A stretch of 64,000 bases of DNA from a virus, in IMG/VR virus record IMGVR_UViG_3300015203_000008, one strand, 5' to 3'. A program made the position numbers and the translations under genes. Numbering within the stretch: the stretch's first letter is position 1; every line of letters starts with the position of its first letter. The notes beneath the pieces are model-generated. The model was not told where the DNA came from. It was given only the letters and a program-made list of their open reading frames with translations, and did not search any database. Below, one piece after another: positions 55,501 to 63,015 of this stretch.

Positions 55501-55756
55501 CCGCAGTCACCAGAGGATCCGGCAAGCCTAGGATGTTCCCCGCTTGACTGGAACTAGCCGATCCGGTGTAGCAGTAGATCGGCGACGTCGCCGAGGCGAA
55601 CGAACCGACCTTGTAAGCGGGCTGGCTCAGGGTCAGCGTGATTGTCGCGTTCGGGATACCTGAGCCGCTGGACTGCGAGATCGTACCCGTCAGAGTGCCT
55701 TGGCACACCCCCGGCGTAGCCACGAACAACGCGGCCAATACCAAGAGTTTACGCAT
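52466..55756 (-). CDS. Signal-peptide-bearing tail-fibre-like protein with an internal tandem duplication of about 190 aa
   Basis: MRKLLVLAALFVATPGVC|QG; Cna-B-like N-domain; FVTN..ER.RVT..G...G...T.P fibre repeats; Cys-rich C-terminus. Confidence 0.75.
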   Translation of the reverse strand: MRKLLVLAALFVATPGVCQGTLTGTISQSSGSGIPNATITLTLSQPAYKVGSFASATSPIYCYTGSASSSQAGNILGLPDPLVTAATTTNYGSGTLASGTYYVKYTYYGTSVETLPSPESTQILSSTGSLIITAPSLHPPSATGWKAYVGATSGSEKLQVTQAGWTNITVSSSLLNVTSPPSTNNSVCTFWFNDSFIPSYTTYSMLVQDVHGAQVRGWPQNYYFAGSTANISNMTPAGNISAKFPSAIIASPSSGATQSINGGLTVTGVLAAPDLQMGYQTTAPTTINSSAGWLYTKLSGAHSPLESTIFYQDGTGNAIDLLSTVASFSWPVGTAAGTGNYVGNGNGTTTYFLGTMPGTSGSGNPVAFVTNGVERARVTAGGAWCFGCTVPATPVQITDAAGVPLRIVGPNTGGLGVAMQFYEGSTATAQLTAAAGAGFSIATAISTPINLYNAGSLSFQTYRTSGDSIGAFQAGAEWVGVATGAVGVPASNKGRIIYDSSLQHFYASENGGAYTQLCLSGGTCGSGGGTSWNASSTLAGTNSNTGTTYLGGNNTAAAAMAFVTNQLERGRVTGAGLWGFNTTAPARVVDIADTGGIPMRLTGPATGGVGTQMEFYETSTLAATILAAKSSAMAISTVGATPITLNPNSTQVFKAYFSGGDRIGQFVGGAEFLGVATGAVGVSPASDGRIIYDSTLQHFYFSENGGAYAQLAGGGGSGWPIGTAAGSGTYNNPGAGPYFIGLLNTGAFGIATNSAQAMYITAAQKVIVGPNTSCGAGVFCVFSGASATNAGFDSTGTATTVVLTNSSVTQGTLTTDSTVPAFTVAANGALRLTGTSIVGNVCMVLGISSSPCTSTNQLTLIGRAGNYGLEIDTPAASGLNAFMILKGQGTANAAIYSDGTDMRYTTNGNTTAKMYFGVDGSVTEALRITPNNGTHVPNVSIFGAPYSANASLTVNTNATNTMVVNGSLAEIDFASGGSVVSTLASQPSGTAFGSTGASNALSLYSVSSTVDITAGSTIRINAGISQVTTYSTNGPIKLPSLTLAAASTVLGDGYEFWCTDCKNSTQDAVAPGAACVGFTAHGNKAILRNTVYYCVL

Positions 55757-55761
55757 GTGTT

Positions 55762-56160
55762 TTAGGCGCTCAGTGCTTTACCTTCACCGCGCCGGATCTG
55801 CGAGTACATCTCACTTGCTTCCTGCGCTCGGTCCATCTGCTTTGACATCCGCTCAGCTTGTTCGATGATCGGCGCGGCGTCCTCGTAAGTGATCGCGGCC
55901 AGCTCAGTCACCCGTTCCAAGATTAGCCGCAGCAACCGCTTCGGGCTGTGCTCCATCGGGCAAAGCGTCAACGTCGCGCCCATCGCCTTCTGAGCTACTT
56001 CGAACCGGATCACAAAGTGAAGCCTGAATGTTACGCCGTCAATCGGCTCGATCGCGGAGCCACGCCCATTTTCAAGCGTTACCCCGCGAGGGTAGGCGAT
56101 CTGCTCACTGACCAGCAAACCGAGTTGCTGGATCGTGCTGACTTTAGGCAGCGTTGACAT
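55762..56160 (-). CDS. Hypothetical protein
   Basis: TAATG-coupled. Confidence 0.65.
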   Translation of the reverse strand: MSTLPKVSTIQQLGLLVSEQIAYPRGVTLENGRGSAIEPIDGVTFRLHFVIRFEVAQKAMGATLTLCPMEHSPKRLLRLILERVTELAAITYEDAAPIIEQAERMSKQMDRAQEASEMYSQIRRGEGKALSA

Positions 56161-57035
56161 TAGCTATTTTCGATTGGATAGCGGCCCATGCGCGCATTGT
56201 ACGCCTCGTCGCTTTCACCTTCAAGGCGATTCAGGCTATCCGCGATGGTGCCTGCGGGTCCATTGCCGGAGGCTGCTGTAATCTGATCCACAGGGCTACG
56301 GCTGCTTGCTAGCGATAGACCGCGAACATCCGGGGACCGCTCTTGATCCGCCCGTTGATAACCCGGCGCAGCAGCGTCGGCCATCGTCGGGACCGGGCCG
56401 AGAGCCGAAGAATGACCGCCGTTGACTGCCACATCCGCGTTCACCGCTGCGATCTGATCCAGAGCCGAAGGCTTCAGCACGAGCGGTTCTCCGGTAACTC
56501 CGACGGTTCCCGCGATCCGCAACGATGCCGCAGGAGCACCAGCAGCCACAGCCGCCGTCTTCGTCGCTTCCAGTTCCTTGGTCAGCACCGCAACCTGATC
56601 TTGAAGCGCTTTGATCTGGTCATCTTTCGCGTCGCTGGCCAGTTTCAGGTTCGGCAGGAATCCGAGATCGATGAAGGCCTGTGCGAACTCCTCGCGCGTC
56701 ACTTGCCCGGCGTTCGTGTTGCCGATCGCACGGAAGAACACTTGCCCGCTATGCGCTTCGTGATGCGCATGCTCTTCTTCGATCTTCTTGCCGAGCGGGG
56801 AATCACACGCCACCTCTTCGCCAGCCGCATTCAGCACCGTTTGATCGAACGGCACCGCGTTCCCATTCGCGTCCAGTGCGACACGCCCATCACCTGCAAC
56901 TTGTCGCGGCTGATTCTTCACCGGATTCCCGTTGGCGTCCAGTTCCAGCGCCGGGCTGTATCTCCGCCGGCCGTCGTCAACCAGATGCCGGATCTCAAGA
57001 GTCTTTGCGAGTACTACTTTCTTTTCGATGATCAT
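56160..57035 (-). CDS. Hypothetical protein with LDANGN repeats and a coiled coil
   Basis: CAGGAG RBS; LDANGN twice plus LNAAGE. Confidence 0.7.
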   Translation of the reverse strand: MIIEKKVVLAKTLEIRHLVDDGRRRYSPALELDANGNPVKNQPRQVAGDGRVALDANGNAVPFDQTVLNAAGEEVACDSPLGKKIEEEHAHHEAHSGQVFFRAIGNTNAGQVTREEFAQAFIDLGFLPNLKLASDAKDDQIKALQDQVAVLTKELEATKTAAVAAGAPAASLRIAGTVGVTGEPLVLKPSALDQIAAVNADVAVNGGHSSALGPVPTMADAAAPGYQRADQERSPDVRGLSLASSRSPVDQITAASGNGPAGTIADSLNRLEGESDEAYNARMGRYPIENS

Positions 57036-57145
57036 GGTTTTCTCCTGTTGATTTCCGGCGTTTTTCCACTTGCCGTATTTCCCTATGCTGGCTTCAAATA
57101 TCGCACAAGGTTCGATTTGGTGATGTCCAATTTAGATCACTTGGT

Positions 57146-57340
57146 TCAGCGCCATTCGACCTCGTGTAGCGGTCTCTCTCTCGTCACCATAGGGGCCGTC
57201 GTCGCGTGGTGTTTGAAGGTCATCATTCGGGTGCGTTGAATCTCGGAACGGCGCACGCTCTGAATCTGCTGATCACGTAGACGCTCGCTCTCGCCCGGAA
57301 TAAGCGCGGCGCGTGCGGCCTCAATCGCCTGCTTTGTCAT
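57146..57340 (-). CDS. Small hypothetical protein
   Basis: MTKQAIEAAR...; start inferred. Confidence 0.45.
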   Translation of the reverse strand: MTKQAIEAARAALIPGESERLRDQQIQSVRRSEIQRTRMMTFKHHATTAPMVTRERPLHEVEWR

Positions 57341-57554
57341 TTGGTTTCTGGCGAGCAGCAGTGTAGTGATTGCGAATCTTGGCACCGAAGAACTTCCCAA
57401 CCGATTCGGCGGCAATGAAGGCGTCGTAAACATCCTGCGGCACGTTGGCATATTGAAACCGTGCGCCATTGGTGAAGACAACTTCGAGGCGCTTCTCGGC
57501 TTCGTCATATCCGATTTCAGAGATTACGGAGGATTGAACTTTGGTCGTTTTCAT
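57321..57554 (-). CDS. KTSC domain protein
   Basis: VQSSVISEIGYD...LEVVFTNGARFQYANVP..VYDAFIAAESVGKFF...IR. Confidence 0.92.
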   Translation of the reverse strand: MKTTKVQSSVISEIGYDEAEKRLEVVFTNGARFQYANVPQDVYDAFIAAESVGKFFGAKIRNHYTAARQKPNDKAGD

Positions 57555-57994
57555 ACCGTCACTTCCCGGACTACCTTGCGCTGAGCATCTTGGAGAGCAC
57601 CGGACAACTCAGGGTCCAATGCGAATCTCTCCAACGTGCTTGGCGATCGCTCCAACTTGCCTTTGCCGTCTTCGTCAATGATCGGCTCTCGTACCTTGCG
57701 CGTGATGGCCCGCGTTGCTTTCCCTGAGCCGTCGCGAACCAACTTCACTCCTACCGTGCGCTCAACCGTCTTCATCGCCGGCTGGTATCCACGGCTGACT
57801 CCGGACATTCCGCACGATGCGCCGCGAATCCCCGTGTCTGTGACCTCGCCCGACAGCCAGCGGTTCTCCCAGATCCACCTACGCTGTCCGAGCGCTACCA
57901 ACTCCTGCGCTTCACTCAAATCCATGTAGGGGGAATCAATGGTCGGTCTTTCTTCGTGAGGTGGGCAGATGCGGACGCGCTCTTCACGTGACAT
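57551..57994 (-). CDS. Hypothetical protein
   Basis: ATG just after the csp stop; ATGA overlap with KTSC. Confidence 0.6.
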   Translation of the reverse strand: MSREERVRICPPHEERPTIDSPYMDLSEAQELVALGQRRWIWENRWLSGEVTDTGIRGASCGMSGVSRGYQPAMKTVERTVGVKLVRDGSGKATRAITRKVREPIIDEDGKGKLERSPSTLERFALDPELSGALQDAQRKVVREVTV

Positions 57995-57995
57995 T

Positions 57996-58220
57996 TTATA
58001 GCTCTTCGACCTCGCCAGCTTCCGGGCCGCGGCGTCCATCGATCACGATGAACCTTACGCGCGCGCCGTTGTCGATTGTTTTACGACCGCCAGCAAGACC
58101 GCGAAAGTGGAAGAAGAGATTCGGGTATCCAGGCTCTTCGAGGAACCCGTAGCCTTTGTCGGCATTGAAGAACTTCACTGACGCTTCGTGCGAATCGCCT
58201 ACAACGTACTGGTTATTCAT
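57996..58220 (-). CDS. Cold-shock domain (CspA-family) RNA-binding protein
   Basis: VKFFNADKGYGF (RNP1), LFFHF (RNP2), GRRGPEA.EV. Confidence 0.9.
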   Translation of the reverse strand: MNNQYVVGDSHEASVKFFNADKGYGFLEEPGYPNLFFHFRGLAGGRKTIDNGARVRFIVIDGRRGPEAGEVEEL

Positions 58221-58224
58221 TTAC

Positions 58225-58400
58225 CCTCACAAGACGTAGTTGTGACGGCGAGGTATTCACTGCCGACTCGGGAAAGCCTTTGGTTCCGTGTGGCCCGAGC
58301 GATTCAACCCCACCGGTGAAGCATCAACCCGCAAAAACGAATTGCCCGATAGCTACTCTCTCGGAGTTAGCTACCGGGCAATCAAGGAGTGGGTCCGATG
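58225..58400 (-). other. Structured 5' leader of the csp gene
   Basis: Long hairpin TTGCCCG-TAGCTA.../...TAGCTA-CGGGCAA (58342-58381); CTCGGG/CCCGAG and TCACAA/TTGTGA stems. Confidence 0.45.
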
Positions 58401-58407
58401 CACGGAT

Positions 58408-58440
58408 ATTACATTTACATGATTACAGATGAGGTGTCAA
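58408..58440 (-). promoter_or_regulatory. Candidate leftward promoter with TGTAA direct repeats
   Basis: TTGACA(58440-58435)-17 bp-TAAATG (weak -10); three TGTAA copies over the -10 region. Confidence 0.45.
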
Positions 58441-58621
58441 GAACCTTCTTCTTGCTCTCCAGCTTCCCCCTTGTGTCTCTCTGTTCATGGCTTCGCCTTT
58501 GGGCCTCCTACATTTCCTGCTCTTGAACTAGCAGTATGCAGCGAGAGCGTTGCCTTGTTGGGGTGTTGATGTTGGTTCGGGAGCGTGGCCAACTAGAAAA
58601 CAGAGCAATGTTTTCATTCAC

Positions 58622-58820
58622 TCAACTCCGGCGGCCTTTGCGGCCATACCCATATCCACTTGTCTCGCCCAGGCCGCTGGCTCCTAGTGTCCGATCCTCA
58701 TGGTACAGACCGTGGCAGATAGCTCCCTGATTTCCACGATGCAAGGCCCCTATTTTATGCTCCCACCTTTGAAGTGCTTCGTTCGCTTCCTCAAGCGGAA
58801 TCGGAGCGAATATACACAAC
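58622..58820 (-). pseudogene. Possible truncated GNAT-like (XF1762-like) gene remnant next to the IS end
   Basis: PIPLEEANEALQRWEHKIG...HGLYH resembles the N-terminus of a recalled phage family, then degenerates. Confidence 0.3.
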
Positions 58821-58826
58821 GGAATC

Positions 58827-58955
58827 TTAAACAGCACGCTTTGCAACCTTCCTACGGTTTCGGCGTTGCCGTTTCTTCGCGGCCTTACTCTTGGGTTTCG
58901 GACGATACGCCAGGATGTGATCAACGAAGCGGTCTAACTCGTGCGGAGTTTTCAT
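58827..58955 (-). CDS. Basic 42 aa peptide following the IS1595 transposase
   Basis: GGAGG RBS; MKTPHELDRFVDHILAYRPKPKSKAAKKRQRRNRRKVAKRAV. Confidence 0.6.
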   Translation of the reverse strand: MKTPHELDRFVDHILAYRPKPKSKAAKKRQRRNRRKVAKRAV

Positions 58956-59464
58956 ACAACCTCCGCTGTGAGCTGCTTGTAGGTGATCCGCTTGCCGACA
59001 ACGGCGTCAACGAACGAGTCGAGCCGCTCGAAGGTGTGCCGCACAACGTTCGCTCCACAGAGCTTCCCGAAGTCATCGTGATTACCACAAGCCTCACGCA
59101 AGCGGGAAAGCATGAACCACGCCGTCTTCTGAGTCACGCCAATCTCTTTGGCGAGTTGCATCGAACTGATACCCTTGCTCGCCGTAACGAGCAGATACAT
59201 CGCGTAGACCCACTTGTGCAAGGGTATGTGCGAGCGCTCAAAAATCGTATTAGTGCGAATCGTGAAGTTGTGGCCGACGCTGACTTCGGGGCAGGCGTTG
59301 CAGCGATAGTATCCGCCGGTGCGCTTGGTGATCCGCTCCCCAGACTTGCACGCCGGGCACACAGGGCCGGATGGCCAGAGCCGATCTTCGAGATACTCGC
59401 GAGCGGTCCCCTCGTCGGGGAACATCTCGAAAAGTTGGAACGTGCTGATAGTGGACGCGCTCAT
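58952..59464 (-). pseudogene. IS1595 transposase with an in-frame deletion of the DDE domain
   Basis: WPSGPVCPAC...YRCNAC, FTIRTNTIFERSHIPLHKW, KGISSMQLAKEIGVTQKTAWFM..RLREAC joined directly to the C-tail GKRITYKQL. Confidence 0.85.
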
Positions 59465-59679
59465 TTACTTGACCACAGATCTTCTGTGTGCTCGTCGTCG
59501 TGCCAGACTTGCGCGTCTGCGGGGACGCTTTCATGATGCTCGCAGCCGACTTCGCAACGCGTGTAATGACTGCCGTCGATTGCCATCGCTCGAATCGCGC
59601 CCTTGTTGTCGAAGTCGATAACGTTACACATGAAAGTCTCGTTGCCGTTTGTCAGTCTGATTTGCGTCTCGTTGCCCAT
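59461..59679 (-). CDS. Passenger hypothetical protein
   Basis: AGGAGG RBS; ATGA-coupled to the transposase. Confidence 0.7.
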   Translation of the reverse strand: MGNETQIRLTNGNETFMCNVIDFDNKGAIRAMAIDGSHYTRCEVGCEHHESVPADAQVWHDDEHTEDLWSSK

Positions 59680-59716
59680 GTCCTTGCCTCCTTGTGTGCT
59701 CTCGACTACAAGAGCA

Positions 59717-59745
59717 ATTGTACATAACTACCCCAAGGTAGTCAA
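59717..59745 (-). promoter_or_regulatory. sigma70 promoter with a palindromic spacer
   Basis: TTGACT-17 bp-TACAAT; ACTACC-N4-GGTAGT (59727-59742). Confidence 0.75.
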
Positions 59746-59773
59746 GTACTTTCTTCAACTATTTTTCAACGCT

Positions 59774-60644
59774 CGTAGATCCTCAACTCCCCCGGGGGGA
59801 TCGGCGCCTCCGGCGTGAACCCCATGATCTTCATGGTTCCCTTTCTACGCCGTTCCTTTTGAACATTGCCCGTCTTTCATCTAAGGTCAACTTGGCGCAG
59901 CGCTCTCGGTTCTTCTGGTGAATCTTGGCCTGCGTCTCTGGTTTGATGCCGCGCCGCTTCGCCGCTTCACTCATTCGACGGCGCGTCTCAGCGGTTAGTA
60001 TCCGTGGCGGCCTAACCGGATTGGCGCTCCAGTACTTCTTGAGGGCATCTGAAATCTTCTTCTTGGAAGACTCGATATCTGGATTCTCGTACCAGCGCTT
60101 GCGTATCGACTTTGCACGAATCTCTGGCGTGTTCATGTGATCGGCGACCGGCTTGAGTATCGTCCCGGCTTCTCTGGCATCCTCAAGACCCTTGCGCATA
60201 TTCCGCCATGCCTTGTCTTGGGCTGCCTGATATGCAGGATCGAGCTTCGACTGCAACCTCCGGCGATGAGACTTCAGGCCACCAGCGGCGACTTGAATAT
60301 TGATCGCCAATCGGCCTTTGGCGAGGTTCTTTTTCAAGACCTCGCGGTCCACCACTGCCTTCATCACTGCCGATAATCGCTCGCTGCTTTCCTCCGCGAG
60401 AAGTGATTGTGTGACCCGAAGCTCAAAGGATTCGCGGTAATCATCGGCGGTCATATCGTGGATTCGGCGAATGTGCGATCCAAGCCCCTTGATCCACCTG
60501 CCGCAGATGTGGCACTGGTTTTTGAAGCCATCGGTTTCTAGGACACCCAAAGACCCGAACATTCTATTTCACCTTGGCGCAACTCAGCTTCCCGTTCCCC
60601 TCATTGAAAACCAGCATGTTCGCGTAGATCCTCAACTCCCCCGG
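59774..60644. repeat. 22-bp direct repeat flanking the MucR-NUMOD3 gene
   Basis: cgtagatcctcaactcccccgg at 59774-59795 and 60623-60644. Confidence 0.85.
59831..60562 (-). CDS. MucR/Ros-type zinc finger fused to NUMOD3-like basic repeats
   Basis: CHICGRWIKGLGSHIRRIHDMTADDYRESF; SKKKISDALK and ETRRRMSEAAK. Confidence 0.7.
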   Translation of the reverse strand: MFGSLGVLETDGFKNQCHICGRWIKGLGSHIRRIHDMTADDYRESFELRVTQSLLAEESSERLSAVMKAVVDREVLKKNLAKGRLAINIQVAAGGLKSHRRRLQSKLDPAYQAAQDKAWRNMRKGLEDAREAGTILKPVADHMNTPEIRAKSIRKRWYENPDIESSKKKISDALKKYWSANPVRPPRILTAETRRRMSEAAKRRGIKPETQAKIHQKNRERCAKLTLDERRAMFKRNGVEREP

Positions 60645-60926
60645 CGGTATCGGGTCTCCCGGCGGAGTGAAACCCTTGGCGCACGCCTTGAACGTAATTG
60701 CTTTGCCCGGCTCGCCGCCCCAAACAATGTTCCCGGCTGCGTTCGCTCGCCCGACTTCAGCGGAAAGATTCGGAACAATCGTCATCGTCTCGCCTGGTGC
60801 CAAGCAGGTTGTATCGTCTGGTCGGCAGGTATTCGCGACGCCAGACCTCCGCATCTCAATCAAGATCCAGACGACGGATAGCGCGACCACCACCCAGATG
60901 AAAGCCGCTTCTTTGCGTCCCATCAT
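60564..60926 (-). CDS. TM-anchored Cys-containing protein
   Basis: AAFIWVVVALSVVWILI TM segment; four Cys. Confidence 0.65.
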   Translation of the reverse strand: MMGRKEAAFIWVVVALSVVWILIEMRRSGVANTCRPDDTTCLAPGETMTIVPNLSAEVGRANAAGNIVWGGEPGKAITFKACAKGFTPPGDPIPPGELRIYANMLVFNEGNGKLSCAKVK

Positions 60927-61162
60927 TGATTAACCTCCCGGCGCTTCTGCGCCCTCAGTTCCTTCGCTGTGACCGGCGCGTTCACTTCCGGCTGCTTCGA
61001 TTCCTTGTAATACCTAGTGGCCGTCGTCAGGCTGATTCCCAAGCGTTGCGCGACGATCGACAGTGAGTTTCCATCGCGCTCTTTCAGTTCCCGCACGAGA
61101 CGTCGCAGCCGATTGACCTCATCGGGATCGGTGCGGAGTCTTCGTGGTGAGTTTCGGGGCAT
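60923..61162 (-). CDS. Small HTH DNA-binding protein
   Basis: SLSIVAQRLGISLTTATRYY. Confidence 0.75.
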   Translation of the reverse strand: MPRNSPRRLRTDPDEVNRLRRLVRELKERDGNSLSIVAQRLGISLTTATRYYKESKQPEVNAPVTAKELRAQKRREVNQ

Positions 61163-61164
61163 GG

Positions 61165-61812
61165 CTACTTCTTCCGCTTCGATAGCTTCGGCCCGGTCCC
61201 CAACTGCCGAGGAAGTGCCTTGCCAGGCTTGCCGCTCCGCGCGCCCTTCTTCTTTTCGGGTTTCGCCGACTTCTCTTTCTTCGCAACCCGACGCCGCGGA
61301 TTCTGCGCTTCCACCTCATCGAATGCCAGATCCTTTTGATCGTCATCGGCTTCGGAAACGACGGTCCCCGGCAACTCCGGTTGTCCTTCGGCGCTAACCC
61401 GCACTTCCTCACCGTAGTTGACCGCGGTGAAGCTGCTGTTCGCCTTTGTCGACCCGGCCTTGACTTGGAACGCCAGCCAGATCACATTGTCTTTGTCGCG
61501 GAAGATGCGCAACGCCTTCCCGTCGCATCCGTTGAATGCGTACTCGTCGCCCTTGGTTCCAACGGCGCCCGTCTGGACGTTGAAGGTGAAGTTCTCTTCC
61601 CACAGATCTAGGCGCACGGAACGGATCGGCCGCACCGCTTTGACGCATCGCAGTGTTTGGCGAATTGCCGGCGGAAACTGATCGACCGCGCCGATCTTGA
61701 CATGAAACTCCATGCCGAGGCTCTTGTGCTGCTGGTTGTCCGTTTTGAAACTCGACGGCTTGCGGTACACCGCCGAGGTTGTTTCTCCGAGAAACTTGCT
61801 GATTGGTCCCAT
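61165..61812 (-). CDS. Hypothetical protein with a Lys-rich tail
   Basis: GAGGAGG RBS before MGPISK. Confidence 0.65.
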   Translation of the reverse strand: MGPISKFLGETTSAVYRKPSSFKTDNQQHKSLGMEFHVKIGAVDQFPPAIRQTLRCVKAVRPIRSVRLDLWEENFTFNVQTGAVGTKGDEYAFNGCDGKALRIFRDKDNVIWLAFQVKAGSTKANSSFTAVNYGEEVRVSAEGQPELPGTVVSEADDDQKDLAFDEVEAQNPRRRVAKKEKSAKPEKKKGARSGKPGKALPRQLGTGPKLSKRKK

Positions 61813-61867
61813 ACCCCTCCTCTGTGTTTTTACGCGCGACCAGACTAACCGGCTGGTGTCGGTACTT

Positions 61868-63007
61868 CTACGTCGTCGGCCCATCCGGTTCGGCGCTTCC
61901 TTGAAATCTCCCGGCGTCTTCAGCCGATATCGGATCTTCCTTGATGTCACCTCGCGCCGCGATCAACTCTTTGGAGCGCTCTTCCAGTTTGTTTGCTAGC
62001 TTCGTCCACCATTTCTCCGCCGCCGGTTTGGTCCAGTTGAGAACTTCCTCCCACGAGTGGGAGCCTTTGGAGTCCGTCAGGTATTTCTCAGGAACCAATG
62101 CCGCTTCTTCCGGCGACGTTTCCAACAGGAAGTTGTAGGCTAGCATCGCGGCGAGAATCCATTTATGCTTGCCCTGTCCGTCAGCTTCACGGAACATCGG
62201 ATGGGCTACCGGATTGGATGGTGGCTTAGTAGCCTCTACTGGAGTAGGGAAGGGAGGAGGCGTCCCCTTCGATTCCTTCACATGCTCCTCTGGCGCGGCA
62301 TCCTCGAGATCCTGGGTGAAGATGTCGCTGCAAGCGGTCGTTACGAGCGTGGCGGCCACGAGAGCGCGCTTCTGAGCCATCTTCAGCAGCGTGTTGTGCT
62401 GCTCCCAGATATTCTCCGTGGGAACGCGATCCACTGATTGAGCCAAGATTGCTTCGTCGTCGTCGCGGAAACTGGCCCCGCATCCGTCCTTCTTCTTGAA
62501 GCAAACGAAGCCGCCCTTCTCAAAGCCTTCCAGCTTGTTGCCTTGGCGATCTTTCGGAGCAAACTCCGGCTTGCCCTTGATGATGCTGCTGGCCTTTTGA
62601 CACTGAGGACATGCGCGAGCGCCCTTCCGCCAACCGTACTTCTCTTCTCGGCTCGAGCACGATCCCATGCCGGTCCCCATGACCTGCCCGCTTGGAATGT
62701 GAATCAGGCGGCATCGGATGTCGAACAGAATGAACTTCTCGTCCTCGACTGAGCGAACGATTTCAAACTCAGGGGCCAGCCGGAAGACGAAGCAGAGCTT
62801 TTCGGCACCCGACTTCAGCAGCGTCTTCTTTCCGTTGCCGGTTCCAGGGATGACGCCGTAATGCTCGCCGTCGATCATCACGTCTTTCATCACCTGCTGG
62901 ATGTACTGCACCTGGGCGCTGGCCTTGCGAGTGTCAATCGCCGTCTCCATCAGATCCACTACAACAGGGACGCGCGGTTCTTGGACTACCATTGCTGTGC
63001 TGCCCAT
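61868..63007 (-). CDS. Putative single-strand annealing/recombination protein with a zinc-ribbon insert
   Basis: HYGVIPGT..K.TLLKSGAEKL and NTLLKMAQKRALVAA motifs; adjacent to Gp157; function inferred. Confidence 0.55.
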   Translation of the reverse strand: MGSTAMVVQEPRVPVVVDLMETAIDTRKASAQVQYIQQVMKDVMIDGEHYGVIPGTGNGKKTLLKSGAEKLCFVFRLAPEFEIVRSVEDEKFILFDIRCRLIHIPSGQVMGTGMGSCSSREEKYGWRKGARACPQCQKASSIIKGKPEFAPKDRQGNKLEGFEKGGFVCFKKKDGCGASFRDDDEAILAQSVDRVPTENIWEQHNTLLKMAQKRALVAATLVTTACSDIFTQDLEDAAPEEHVKESKGTPPPFPTPVEATKPPSNPVAHPMFREADGQGKHKWILAAMLAYNFLLETSPEEAALVPEKYLTDSKGSHSWEEVLNWTKPAAEKWWTKLANKLEERSKELIAARGDIKEDPISAEDAGRFQGSAEPDGPTT

Positions 63008-63015
63008 GATTCTCC

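Larger units (their letters stand above)
58805..59756 (-). mobile_element. Non-autonomous IS1595-family derivative with passenger ORFs
   Basis: Promoter, 72 aa ORF, truncated transposase and basic 42 aa ORF; ends are approximate and only weakly inverted-repeated. Confidence 0.6.

Noticed and set aside
58255-58320. tRNA-like stretch containing GGGTTGAATC
   Set aside because: No cloverleaf, anticodon arm or acceptor stem could be built
58440-58617. MKTLLCFLVGH...AYC-TAG-FKSRKC, suggesting stop readthrough or genetic code 15
   Set aside because: Several bona fide genes here end in TAG with a coupled downstream start, so recoding is unsupported
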